NCBI RefSeq assembly: GCF_009914755.1
Contig: NC_060930.1
Reading direction: 5' to 3' (one strand)
From: the human T2T-CHM13v2.0 reference genome, Homo sapiens
DNA: 64,000 nucleotides
Shown: positions 42,350 to 57,785 of the stretch, piece by piece
How positions within the stretch are numbered: the first letter of the stretch is position 1
Layout: the number at the start of each line of letters is the position of its first letter
Position numbers and translations under genes: made by a program
Notes under the pieces: generated by a model
Told to the model about the DNA's origin: nothing
The model's database searches: none
The model's input: only the letters and a program-made list of their open reading frames with translations

Positions 42350-45270
42350 TCTGTCCTTTGAGTTTCCACATAAATTTTAGAATTAGATTTTCGTTTCTCT
42401 TTTTTAGAAAAAATGCCTACTGGCATTATGATTAGTATTAAACTTAGGGAGAATTAATTGTCTTTCAGTACATGAACATAATGTATCTTTCCATTTATTT
42501 AAGTTTTCTGTAATTTCTTTCAGCGGTATTTTAGATTTTTTGAAGTAGAGGTTTTTACCTCTTTTGTTAAATTTACTTCAAGTATTTTGTGTCCTTTCAT
42601 TCTCTTGTAAATGAAATTAATTTTTTAATTTGGTTTTCCAGTCGTTAGCTTCTAATAGGAATTACAATTGATTTTTGTATAATTTTTTATCTTGCAACCT
42701 TGCTAAATTTACCTATTGATTCTGATAATTACTTTGTAAATTCCTTGAGAGTTTGTATGTAGATAATTATGTCATTTGCAAGGAGAGACAGTTTTGCTTC
42801 TTCCTTTCCAATCCTCATTTCTTTCTTTTCTTGACTATTGTGCCAGTGGCAATAAATATGTCCATTGTTTTGTTTTGTTTTTTGCCCTATGTGATACTGA
42901 GAAATCTTCTTTATTTCTAGGGTGCTGAGAAGTTTTGTCATAAATGGATGTTGAATTTTGTCAAGTGCTTTTTATGCACTTATTAAAATTATCATAGGAC
43001 TTTTTTTCTTCTGTTAATATGAGTTACATTGATTGATTTTCAAATGTTGAACCAACCCTGCACTCATTGGTAAACTTAGTCATGATGAGGCCTTGTATTA
43101 TATGGCTGATTTGATTCTGATACTAAGAATTTGTGTGTCTACATTTCAGTATTGGTGAGGTTTGGTATCAGGGTTACACTGGCCTCATAAAACAAGGTGA
43201 AAGTAATCCCTTCTCTGTTTTCTGAAATTGTTTGCATAAGATTGGTATTTTTTCTTACTTGAATGTTTGATATAATTCACTGCTTATTCCATCTAGGCTC
43301 TGCATTTTCTTTGTAGGAGGGTTTTTAACCATGAATTCAATTTCCCCAATAGATTTAGGACTGTTCAGATCATCTTTTTGGGTGAGTTATGGTATTTTGT
43401 ATCTTCAAGTGATTTGTTCATTTCCCTGAGGTAGTGCCATTTATTGGCGTAATATTTTCTTATTGTCTTCACTGTCCTTTTAATGTCTGTAGGATGTATT
43501 TGATATCACCTCCTTCATTTCTCATATTCATAATAGCTGTTTCCTCTTTTTCCTCCCAGTCTCTTGACAGAGATGTTTTAATTTTTTTTATTATCTCAAC
43601 AAGTACTTAGTACAGTTTTTTTCTTCTTTATTTTCTATTCCTTTTATTTTTTGCTGCACCACACTTGGAGTTTAATTTGCTTTTTTTTTTTTTTTTTTTT
43701 AGCTTCTTAGGGAGGAAATGTAGATCTTTGATCTTTAAATTTTTCTTTTCTGATAGAATAATTTAAATCTATCTTTCAGTTTCCCTCTAAGCATTGGTTT
43801 AGTGACATCCTGCAAATTTTGGTATCACTCAGTTCACCATAATTATAGTTTTCTTTGTGATTTCTTCTTTGAGTAATGGATTATTTATAAATATATTCTT
43901 TAATTTCAGAATGTTTGAGGTGTTTGTAGATATCTTACTGATTTCTAATTCAATTCCATTTTAGTCAGAGAACATACTATAAAAGATTTCGGTATTTTGT
44001 AGTTTATCAAGATTTCTTTCATGGCCCAGCATATGATCTGTCTTGGTGAATGTCCCATGTGCAGTTGAAAAGAATGTATTCTGCAGTTATTGCTTATGAT
44101 GTTCTCTGTTAAATCTCCAAGTACAGTGGTTTTACTAGTTCTGCCAGTTTGTTTCATTTTGAGACTCTGTTATTATATTAGGCACATGTACCTTTATAGT
44201 TATTTTTTATGAACTAACCTTTTTATTATTATGGAACATCCCACTATATCTTGCTGATGTTCCTGGTTACGAATTCTATTTGGCCGGATTTTAAAGTTAG
44301 CCACCCCAGCTTTTGTCAGCTTGGTATTTGTGTTAACGTTTTAATCCTTATGAAATGGTCCTTTTTATCTCAGCTAATATTCCTTGTCATTGATTCTATT
44401 TGTCTGTTATTAAAATTAGTCACCAGCTTTTGTCTGCTGGATATTTACATGGTTTGTCATCCTTTTAGTTTAAACAAATCTAGATCTTTGTGTTTTAAAG
44501 TACATTTCCTGCAAAAAGCATATAGGCACTTTTTTATTCTGTCTCTCAACCCCTGTATGAGAAATAGTGTTTAGTTCATTTACATTTAATGTAATTGCTA
44601 TAGCTAGATTTAAACCTATTTTGCCATTTCCTTTCTGTTAATACCATCTGTTTTTTTTCTCTTACAGTTTTTCCCCCCTCTGGTTAGTTTTGTCTCTTTC
44701 ATTTGTTATGTCCATGTTTTACTTTGTGGCCTTGAACAAATTTATTGTAGCTGCTTTAAAGTGCTTTTTTGCTGATTTTCAATATCAGGGTCATTTTGAG
44801 GTCTTTTTTGTAGACTCTTTTTTTCACATTTTCCTTTTCTCCCCTAATTTTTAATAATTTCTATTTGTTGATAACATGTTGAAGCTCCTCTGCATCCTGT
44901 TATCTTTCTCTGCAAAGTCTTGATTCTTATTCCAGCAGACCATTGACTTGCCAGAACTCAAACTTTGTCCCCCTGTTTCAGCTTTAAGTTGCTTTTCTCC
45001 AGGGCCCCCTAGAGTCTTACCTGAGTGTGCATAATTCAGGGGCTTGTAGGTATTTAGTTGGGGTTCATACAAACATTTCATGGCTCACTTCTTGGCAACT
45101 TTCTTTTATGTAGACTATTGACTGCCCTCAGATGAACAGCCACATAAAATCAAATGTTACCTGGTAAGATTTCCTCTTACCCTTACTCTCATTTCTACCA
45201 GCTTTTGGTCATGCTCTAGTGCCTTTATGTTGTGGAGCTTTTTTCTTTCCCAGAATGTATAAATGTTAGA
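42350..45270 (-). mobile_element. Old L1M ORF2/ORF1 fragments
   Basis: Minus-strand ORFs with L1-like remnants (e.g. IGKEEAKLSLLANDIIIYI, a degraded FADD region). Confidence 0.8.
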
Positions 45271-45879
45271 GTTCTCCAGTATTGGGGAAAGTCATGTTAA
45301 TGTATGTAAAGTATAAATACATCCACAAGGTTGCTTGATAAAATGCTTATCTCAGATTAGGTAAATTTAACTTTTTTTCTTGTTTGAAATTAGCTACATT
45401 GAATAACCTGTTTATAATCAGACAAAAAAGTTATTTAAAAATGTGGTAGGAAGCAGTAAGATCTATTCTCTTTGATGAGTCTGTAGCTCTAGCTTGCTTT
45501 TATTTTAAGTTACTATGACTCCCAGTAGCGGCTGATGGTCATTTTATACTCAAAATTCAGTTTTTCAAAGTAGTTTTCAAATTCGGCTCACGATACAGTA
45601 TATTTTAAAAGTTTGCATTTCAGAACTTTTCAAAATGAAATATCTCATTTCTTTCTGCATAGCTAAATGCAAAATTTCATTCCTCTGTTTTTATTAGCTA
45701 AATGCATTGAACAACTCACAGATAATCATTTAGTAGCTAGTACGCGGTAAATCTTAAGTAAAAGTCCGCTGTCAGAAAATGGAGTTCTTATTGGATAGCA
45801 TAAATGTGGCATGTTTTGCCAGAAATGTCCTTGAGTCTTCATAAGTTTAAAGAAAGTTTATTTTAAAGAAAAACATATT

Positions 45880-46258
<379 letters not shown>

Positions 46259-46513
46259 CTATATGCAAAGATTTTATAGAATTAAAAAATATTAACCTGA
46301 AAGAAGTGATAATCATATTGTCAGGTACAATTACATTTTTTAAGAAAATAAAAAAATTAAAAATATTGTTTTAAGAATAGAGCTTGCTTCTCCACTGCAT
46401 TAAATAGAATTGCATTTAAAGATTCCATTTGTCATGTGTATAATGAAATAAGAATACCTAGCACTTGTATTTCAAAATACCTACTGTAACATTGTGTATA
46501 TGTGATCTGATAG

Positions 46514-46690
46514 ATATTGAAGAAAATGAAGATGCTGGAGCAGCCTCTCTGCCCACTCAGCCAACTCAGCCATCATCATCTTCAACTTATGACCCAAGCA
46601 ACATGCCATCAGGCAACTATACTGGAATACAGATTCCTCCGGGTGCACACGCTCCAGCTAATACACCAGCAGAAGTGCCTCACAGCACAG
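46514..46690 (+). CDS. VTA1: VTA1 exon 6 (177 nt): (D)IEENEDAGAASLPTQPTQPSSSSTYDPSNMPSGNYTGIQIPPGAHAPANTPAEVPHST, linker
   Basis: Acceptor gatctgatAG|ATATT; donor CAG|GTggga; contained in ORF 46465..46704. Confidence 0.96.
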
Positions 46691-48199
46691 GTGGGAAACT
46701 GTAACTGAATGATTTATTTAATTCCCCTTTTATAAAGAAGAACTGCATTTCTTATCACATATGTGCCTCATAATGATGGTCATGAAAACATGACAAGTTC
46801 CTTGAATTCCATTTGAACCCACAAGAAACATTAAATTATTTTCATTAAAATTTTAATATTAGTTGTATTCTAATTATTTGAGAAATGACAAGTATTATGT
46901 GCATTGATTACTCTTAACCTTATATTTTATTAATAAGATTGGTTTCCATGCTTTTCATATATATTGCTGTTTTTCTTTTTCTTCTCTTCCCTTTCTTTTC
47001 CCCTCACTGTTGTTTTAGAATAGCTCGGAGGTGAGTGGAGTTGATATTAGGATGTGTCAGTCAGGGTCTCACTGTGATATCTAGGTTTGTTTCATTCCCT
47101 TGGGACTATGCCTCTGCCCTCAAGATGGGTATTATTGATGATGGGGAATGGGCTTTGAGGCATGAAATCTCAGTAACAATGAAATCATAGACAGGTGAAA
47201 GCAGGGATTCGGATTTTTTTTTTTTTAACCTTACACTTTAAAAAACTAACAGGAAAGAGAGACCTATCTGTGAATAAATCAGTACTGTATGTTTATGTTT
47301 TTATTTTTAAAAATCTGACAAAGTTAGTCCTCAGTAGTTAAGTCAGGGTCAGTAAAGACACTTTGACAAAATTTCAGTTACTCTTCCCTTTAATTGCATT
47401 GTTGACAAAATGTCACCTTTATCTCCAAGTAGGACACTTGCAGCTATAATTTAAATTTTACATTTAATTTTTTCAAAAACTTTTCTTAAAAATTTACTTT
47501 TATCCCAGGTGACTTATGGTACTAAACTATACAAACACTTTAAAATAATTAATGGAATGATAGTCATCCTTCATGCCCTGATTTCTACTGTTCCTATTAT
47601 GTAACACACTACTACTTTACTTTTGTCAGCCTTATTTTACCCAAATTTTTTTTATTTTACCCAAATTTTGCATGAATTACATTATATGCAAGTTTTCTAT
47701 TTTGACCATTGTAACATCAAGTATGATTAGTGTCTTTCCTCCTATTTTAAAACTTACAAGTTTATATTATCTGCAAAAATATTGCTAACGTTTTCTTTAA
47801 GATTATTGATGAAATGATAATTTTAGCACTGATCTTTTTTTGTGTCTTCAGTCAGCATATTTGACCTTGACTTTTCAATATTTTATGGCCTATGTGATGA
47901 TATTAATAGACAAACCTATTTGCATTTGTTTTGGAAGTAAAATTTCTTGGAACACTTTTAAGTATTTTATTATGTTTAGAAATATTCATTATTTCCAGTG
48001 TGGAATAATGTAAGTGAAACCAGCTACTTAGATCTGTTTGCCTTAGATGAATACTGTTCAGATTATACTTGAAGGTTGAAATCCTGATCAAGAGTCCCAG
48101 ACACAAGCATTCTCATAGAGGAGCCAAGGGGAAATAAAATGCATTTAGGAGGCAAATCATATTGGTTATTTGTTTCTACCCCATGCTAAAGCATAAACT

Positions 48200-48350
48200 C
48201 AGCTGATATTTAACTTCTCGTGACCTTAATTTTTCCTCTTTCTAATATGAAATTAATCATACTTACTTCTCATGGTTATTTTAATTATTAAAAGGGAAAA
48301 ACTGTAAAAATGGACTAGTAGTAGGCCTATCACAAAATCAGTGTTCAGCA
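48200..48350 (+). mobile_element. MIR
   Basis: ttaacttctcgtgaccttaatttttcctctttctaatatg...catacttacttctcatggttatt. Confidence 0.55.
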
Positions 48351-48636
48351 GATTAGCCTCCTTTCCCTCTTTTTTTCCTCTTCCTTCCTATTTCTGTGCC
48401 AAGGAAAGTCAAGGTATTTAATGGCAAGTTAATGAACACTTAAAATTATTATGCGAATCAAGAGAAGTATCACAACTGGGGGTAGGATATTAACCTTATA
48501 GAAAGACTGTCCAAGGAGTTTTGTTTTAGACAGTATATCTCAAGGCAGAGTTGTGATATAGGCACATCAGTATATATTTTATATATAGGTACACTCTATG
48601 AGTATACAAAAGAGAACACTTTTAACAGGAGGGCTA

Positions 48637-48719
48637 TAGTAGATCGATCCATATGAAATTGCTAGTTTTGTGTAACAAAAATGATAAAGTATTGATAGTC
48701 TTATATGTTCAAACTAATA
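48637..48719. mobile_element. MADE2 (Hsmar2 mariner MITE)
   Basis: gatccatatgaaattgctagttttg...cttatatgttcaaactaata, ~80 nt with degenerate TIRs. Confidence 0.75.
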
Positions 48720-50429
48720 CACAGTGTATCCTGGCTAGAATATTCATGACATAAAGATAAATATTAGGTGGTTTTCCATTAGAAAGTTTTTTGTCATAAA
48801 CAGTTCAATTTGATCTAGTTAACTCTAGCATGAGCCTCTTGTTTTCTCTGTCTTTTGTTCCTTAGAGGGAAGAATAAAACTAAAAAACTTAGAACTTTTA
48901 TAGAATGAGATCCTATCATATTTTATACACTCTTGTAGCCTTACCAGTCAAATGATTATCATGGCTAATTTCCACACTTATTCTTGCAGCAACTATATTA
49001 TGTATTACTGTCTTTAACTTACAAACTCTCAAGAGACTAAGCAATTATTCTAAGAAAACAAACATACCCAGTAATGACAGAACCAGGATTTGAATCCACG
49101 TTTTTTTGACTTCATGTTTTAGCCACGTGCCTTCTATGTTCCTTCCTCTAAGGAACTAAAATCCTCTCAAATTAAAACCTACTTTTCTGATAGTATATTT
49201 CCCTTTAAGATTGGTTTGAGATGTTGAAATCTCCTCCTTTTAGCCCCAGATTTTTTTCTATTATATTTGAAACAGTAAAAAAAGTTCATAGTTGCCTAAT
49301 AAAAAACAAAATAACATTTTTAATAATATAAATAATAGCAAATGTTTCCCCTCTTACTCACGTTAAGAATGATTTATTTTCTCTCATATAAAGGTCCAGG
49401 ATGCACTTTTATCAAAGGGAAATCCTTAAGATAACTGAAAAGAATAGTATGTACTAATTTGCAGTTTTTAGTTCTTCCACAAAAAAGCAAAGGAGGTGCA
49501 ATGAGGACAGGGATAGTGATTGTTTAAACAGGCGAAGTGTTTGCTTCTTGTGCTTTCAACACTGCACAGATATCACATGTAGTTGATACAGTGTGTTTTT
49601 TTCTTTCTCAAGAAACATAAGCTTTTTATAGTTCATATTACAGGAGAAGATTTTAGTAATAAAGCTAGATTAAATAATATAATTATTTTATGATTAAAGC
49701 TAGCCTTTCATTGTAAAATGCAGCTCACTTCATAGATCAAAATGTAGGCTGTGTACTTGTGTCAGAAGTACCATGTTTGCATTCTTCTGTAAGCTTTGAT
49801 AACCTGTTGTTGATACTCTGGCCTACACATTTCTCTCAACCCTGTTTCTCATGATTACACTAAGGTTTCACTCATTCTTTCCTTATACTGTTACTCATAG
49901 ACAATATAGGTAACATTCCTTTCTTCCTTTTTCTGTGTCTCTCCAAATGCTGTGTTCTTTCAGGAGTCTGTTTAATCACACTTTCTGGATAGTCTTCTCT
50001 ATAAATAGAGATTTGTTTTGAGGATTTTAATTTAGGCAGAAATGCAAATTACTTAGCAATGAATGACATTGATCTATAGATTGGACCATTAGAGTATAGT
50101 AGATTTACCTTGTTTTTTAAGATGTATATGAATGATATATGTAATCTACATAAGCCTAGGTACACCTGTTTCAAAGCACTAGACATGACTAGTGTGAAGA
50201 TCCATCTCAGATTTTACATTCTAGCATTTTTAAAATAATATATATTTATGTGCCTTTCAGTGTTTGGCAAGTTTTGTGGAGAAAATTGTCAGATGTTTAT
50301 AATTTAAATATATTTGGTGAGTACTTATCAAAATCAAGCAAAAAATAGTCATTGAATAGGTCAGCCTAAGATTTGGCTGTCTCCTCACTTTGCATTTATA
50401 CTTTTATACAGTTTTCTATAAATATATTC

Positions 50430-50960
50430 ATATACACAGTATATGAGAATATTTACTGTAGCATTATTTGTAATAGCAAAAGATTGGAAATTAAAACTTA
50501 AATGTCCATCAGTAATGGATTGCTTTATAAGCTATGCATGCAGAGAATGGGACACTATGGAACCATTAAAAACAGCAAGACAGATTTATACGTATTAATC
50601 TGGAATTATTGCTAGGACACATTAAGTGAAAAATGCATAAAACTAAAGTATAGTATGCAGAACTTACTACCATTTGCAAAACACACACGCAAGTATGCCT
50701 TCTAGAAGATTTTGGTTTAGATAAGTACACAAATTTCTTAGCAGAGAACAGCATTGACATATATATAGATTGGATTGGACACACAATTATTTGTAGGTGG
50801 GTGGAAAGGTGTCATAGAAACTGGTACTAGCCCTAAACTTTGGGGTAGGAGAGGCAGGCTTTCTCCTTTATATTTTTTTGTACTATATAAAATTTGTACT
50901 TCACCTTTCATCTGTATCCCTGTGTACTTTAAAATTTTTCAATTTTTAGTTAAAAAGCAA
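50430..50960 (+). mobile_element. L1ME-like 3' fragment
   Basis: gcattatttgtaatagcaaaagattggaaa...aaatgtccatcagtaa. Confidence 0.65.
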
Positions 50961-52056
50961 TATTTATATGGCTTTTAATAGTTCCAAAGGGTATAAATAC
51001 AGAGCGAGTTTGTCCTGGAAAACAATTAAGTGAGGTAAATAATGTATATTTAAACCATTTTTTCTCTTAGGTTGGGGTTGAGAAAAATCTTAAAAGTCAA
51101 AACTTCTTACCAGAAGAACTTTAGAACTTCATACCAGAAAAACTTTAGACCTTTAGAAAATTTTAGAACTTCAGCCATCTTTTGTGAAACCGTTATTCTA
51201 GAACTCTCAGTGGATATATATCCATCCCCCTAAAAACTTCCTATTTATTTTAACCTTTTTCTCTGTTTCCTTTTTCTTATTCCAGTATTTTTCCCACTTT
51301 ACCCTTTCTACAAATTGCCTATTCGAATTCAGTGTATTAGTTTGGCAAACAGTCCATCTTGAGAGACTGTTTAACTCCATTGATTTGGAGTAATCAACTT
51401 TTCCTCATTTTATTTTCCTGCTGATTGAATCATTTCAGTCCTTTTTTGGGGGAACTTTTAACACTTTTTGTTAGTTTTTTAGATGATTAATAAATAATCT
51501 TCAACTTCAGTATATTCCTTACCATTAATCAAGAATGCTAAGTTATTCATTGATATGACAGTTTTGAAATGTTCTAACAAAGTCAAAACAGTTGTTTATT
51601 GGATAATTGTTTATTGGATATGTAAAAATATCTTAAAATGTGTAAACTAGAAAATTACAAATGTTAATTTGTAATTTCATGCACGGTGATGAAATTGGAT
51701 TCATCCTCTAAGTTAAACTAAATTAGAATTATGTTCTACTTTATCACCAAATTATTTAATTGGCTGAGAAATTGAAAGGTAGGGAGTTTGCTACTTCTAC
51801 AGATATTTGGTAAGCTTTAATGGAGAAGTAATGCGAAGCATTAGACAAAATACATGTTAGGAAATGCATAGCCCATACACATATGTAAACACTTGATATC
51901 CTCCAACATCAACTAAGTATGTCAAGTTAGAATCCATTGATGTTTCTAGAAAATAAGCAAAGTAATGAAATTGCCTCATGATTTTTAAGTGCTGCCCTGC
52001 TGTATAATTAAAAGGTGTAATACTTCTATGCCCATTTTTGCTTTTCTGATTTGCAG

Positions 52057-52137
52057 GTGTAGCAAGTAATACTATCCAACCTACTCCACAGACTATACCT
52101 GCCATTGATCCCGCACTTTTCAATACAATTTCCCAGG
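52057..52137 (+). CDS. VTA1: VTA1 exon 7 (81 nt): (G)VASNTIQPTPQTIPAIDPALFNTISQ(G)
   Basis: Acceptor cttttctgatttgcAG|GTGT; donor AGG|GTaagt. Confidence 0.96.
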
Positions 52138-52731
52138 GTAAGTCAGCTGACTATTTTGTGAGATACATTTATCTCCTGTTTTGGGTTGCTGTTTTGTAAT
52201 TTTACCTTGACAGTACCATATATTTAAATGTTGTTACTGAAATTTGAATTTCTAGGTAATTTGAAATAAATTTCCTTGAATGCTTATGTTCACTAGATTC
52301 TCAAATGAGCCAGGATTGTTTGACTTTAAAAATACCAACATCCAAAGCTGTCCCCTTTTGTTACAGTTCTTTTTTTCATGCACTACCGGATATTGAAGAA
52401 CAAACATGGAGCCAAGGCTACCATGGAAGCCTATGCTAGATTATATTAATTTAGTTCGAGATTACCATGAGTTCTGATTGTGACTTTTCTTATCTACACT
52501 GTTATTAAATTATCTAAAAAGAAAGGAACTGACCATTATTAAAAATAAAAATCTCTGAGGTTACTTTGGTTGGTTGGTTTATAGGCTAAGTGATTGGTTT
52601 AAGTATAATCTTTACTACTTTTCTGATTTCTCTGTTTTTTTAGCCCAAATCAGGCATTGTGTTTATTTTGGTCTTTCTCATTCAGACTTTTGTTTTCTTC
52701 ATATGTCAGATGATATTTAATCCTTTTATAT

Positions 52732-52761
52732 TTAAAAGGATTTAAATTTAAATCCTTTTAA
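52732..52761. repeat. Perfect 30-bp palindrome
   Basis: TTAAAAGGATTTAAA|TTTAAATCCTTTTAA. Confidence 0.95.
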
Positions 52762-53063
<302 letters not shown>

Positions 53064-54059
53064 ATTTATTTTTAATAGCTGTTATTTAGTTTCCTCTGTT
53101 AATGTCTGCCAGTGTGTTTTTCAGCTTGAATTTTCTGTTCTCCCTGTGTGAGTGGGAACTGGCCAATAAGCCTTCCTGCCTCTCAACCATGGAATGAGGA
53201 GAGCCTTTTAGGGGTGAGCTGGATATCATACCTACCTTAAGAGTTCTAGCACTGCCTGGGCAGTTTGTTACACAGTTTTAGGGAGATGCTCTTTAAATCT
53301 CTTGTCAATTTTCTCTTTTCACTTTTTTCATTCTTTCTCTTCTCCTTTTTAATTTTGTGGATTTATTTCCTTTTGTGTTACTTTGTCATTTCATTATGGT
53401 TTCAGAAGGAAGAATAGTTAATTATATATGCTTAGTCTACCATCTAGAACCAGAACCCTAGAATTCTTTATCTAAACTGTCAGGCAGGTGTTAGGGCAAA
53501 ATAATTTTTAAATATGTAAGAACTCTCACATTTTGCCTAGCACATACCTTTTTTAAGGAACTTAACTCAGGATGTACTCCATCAAGATAAGGGTGGTAAT
53601 CAAGCAAAATAGAAATATGAAATATAAGAAAGGGTGAAATATACTTCTTTAGATACTCCAAAGAAGAAAGATTCTATGATAGCTTTCCCACCTGCTTGGA
53701 AAGCAATTGCTCCAAAATTAGAATAGGAAATTGGAGAACTCCCCTCCTTTAAGAAAAATAACATGGATTTCATTTAATATATAGAATAGGAGCTTCAGAA
53801 TATGAAAGACATAGATAAGATGCCCTAGAATCCTGCCAGTAAGAAAAAAAAGTGAACCAAAACATCTAATTTTGATATTATACAAGAAATCTCAGTTTGG
53901 AAGCAAACAAAAATATGCCATGATTTTGAACAGTAATAGAATTATGGAATATAAAAGAAAAGGATTTCATTTGACTTAGACACAAAGAACATTCTCCTTC
54001 AAAAGGTAAAAGGCTTATGACAAAACATAGAGTACTTCACTCAGGATGAAATATAAATA

Positions 54060-55216
<1,157 letters not shown>

Positions 55217-55839
55217 TGATGCTTCTGCCCTACCCTTATGCCCACACAGAAAATCTCCCCCACCTCATAATTTCTACACTGAAAGAAGTAAAATTGAAGT
55301 GGTCAACCATCTTCCCCACCTCCTTGGGTTCCCTGGCAGGAGATCTGTCCTTGCCTTAACCCACAGGTAGCATCATGACTGCCTGCAGGGAAAATATCAC
55401 TGAAGACCAGCAGAGACTTATTCCCAGCCCCAGAAACTTCACTGTGCAACTTGGCCAAAGGAGACACCAAATCAGAATGGCTGTTCAGCAGTACCATGCT
55501 GTAGGAGGTACATTTCCCAGGTCCTGTAGGCACAAACCCCTACCTAGCCTGCCTTCCCACACTGCCAGTGTAATCCATTTGGGACATTCAGCGCTCCAAA
55601 CATTTACTAGAGCTGAGGCAAACCTGGGCTTATGGCGCCACCTAGAGCTGAAAAGGAGGTAGCGACCTAGCAGTGAAGATTTGTTGAGCAAATATATGCA
55701 ATAAAAACCAAAACAAGCTGGACAGAGAAAACTGGAATAAATAACTAATTCTTCCAGTGCAAAGACATAGGAAAGACCCACAAGAAACAACAGCAAACAG
55801 GGAATCATGACCTTCTCAAAAGGACAAAGCAAAAATCCT

Positions 55840-56210
<371 letters not shown>

Positions 56211-57133
56211 TTAAGAAAACTCATTGACCTCTAAGATAATACAGAAAAGCAATAAAGACATTTGACAGATATTGGAATAATTTTTCAAAAAAAATCAAAT
56301 CTTGGAACTGAGAAATACATTTGCTGAACTGGAGAACTCTTTTGAGGCTCTCAACAACAGAATGAAGTAAGCAGAAGAAAAAAATCAGTGAGCTCAAAGA
56401 CCAGCTATTTGAAAATACACAGTCAGAAGAAGGAAAAAAAGAGAATGAAAAGGACTGGCTACAAGATATAGAAATCTACCTCAGAAGACCAAATCTAAGA
56501 GCCATTGATGTTCAAGAGGGAGCTGAGCGAGAGGTAGAAAGCTTATTCAAAGAAATAATAACAGAAAACTTCCCAAAACTTGAGAAAGATATAAATATCC
56601 AGGTACAGGAAGGTCTTTTAACACCGAACAGATTCAACCCCCAAATAAGACTACCTGAAGGCATGTAGTAATCAGATGCTAAAGGCCAAGGACAAAGAGA
56701 AAGTCCTTAAAACACCAAGAGATAAGAAGCAAATAGCATATAACAGAGCTCCAAATCGTCTGGCAACAGCCTTCTCAACAGGCCAGTAGGTATTGGAACA
56801 TTTTAAAAAAAAACTGTCATCTAGGAATATTGTGTCCAGCAAAATTGTCATTCAAATATGAAGGAAAGATATAGTCTTTCCCAGACACAAAAGCTGACCC
56901 ATCCTGCAAGAAAAGCTAAGGGGAGTTCTTCAGTCTGAAAGAAAACACTAATGTGCAGAAGAAAACATTTCAAGGTGTAAAATACACTGGTAGAATTAAT
57001 ACTATGTATATAATTTTTTAGTATAGAGCAATTTTATAGTATAGAGAATAGAGCAATTAGGCAAAAGAAAGAAATAAAGTTCATCCAAATTGAAAAGGAA
57101 GAAGTCAAATTAGCCTTGCTCACAGATGACATG

Positions 57134-57187
57134 ATCTTATGCCTATAAAAACCTAAAGACATCTTATGCCTATAAAAACCTAAAGAC
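57134..57187. repeat. Perfect 27-bp tandem duplication
   Basis: ATCTTATGCCTATAAAAACCTAAAGAC x2. Confidence 0.95.
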
Positions 57188-57330
57188 TCCACCAAAAAAC
57201 CGTTAGAACTGATAAATTTAGTGAAGTTACAGGATACAGAATCAACATACAAAAATCAGTAGCATTTATATACACCAACAGCAAATAATCTGAAAATCAA
57301 ATTAAGAAAGCAATCCCATTTACCATAGCT

Positions 57331-57785
57331 ACAAAAAAATATAAAATACCTGGGAACCGATCTAACTAAAGAAGTTAGTTATTAATAACTAACTATAATA
57401 TTCCATTGTGTATATACACTATGTGTATATATTAATAACTAAGAAAAACTATATAAAATTCTGATGAACATAATACAAAAAATGTAATACAAAAAAATAT
57501 AAAATACCTGGGAATCGATCTAACTAAAGCAGTTAGTTATTAATAACTAACTATAATATTCCATTGTATATATACACTATGTGTATATATTAATAACTAA
57601 GAAAAACTATATAAAATTCTGTTGAATGTAATACAAAAAATGTAATACAAAAAATACAAATACAAAAAAAAATACCTGGGAACCGATCTAACTAAAGAAG
57701 TTAGTTATTAATAACTAACTATAATATTCCATTGTGTATATATTAATAACAGAAAAACTATAAAAAATTCTGATAAATGTAATAG
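57331..57785. repeat. ~158-bp tandem repeat, ~3 copies
   Basis: Units start ~57331, ~57489 and ~57662 (aaatacctgggaa(c/t)cgatctaactaaag...). Confidence 0.92.

Noticed and set aside
51110-51172. Degenerate repeats of AACTTTAGAACTT
   Set aside because: Ordinary slippage-type low-complexity duplication.
51857-52123. 88-aa antisense ORF overlapping exon 7
   Set aside because: Shadow ORF of the coding exon with no independent evidence.
57331-57785. Repeat array with palindromes resembling a CRISPR array
   Set aside because: Whole units are duplicated with no unique spacers, and the sequence is L1-derived and eukaryotic.
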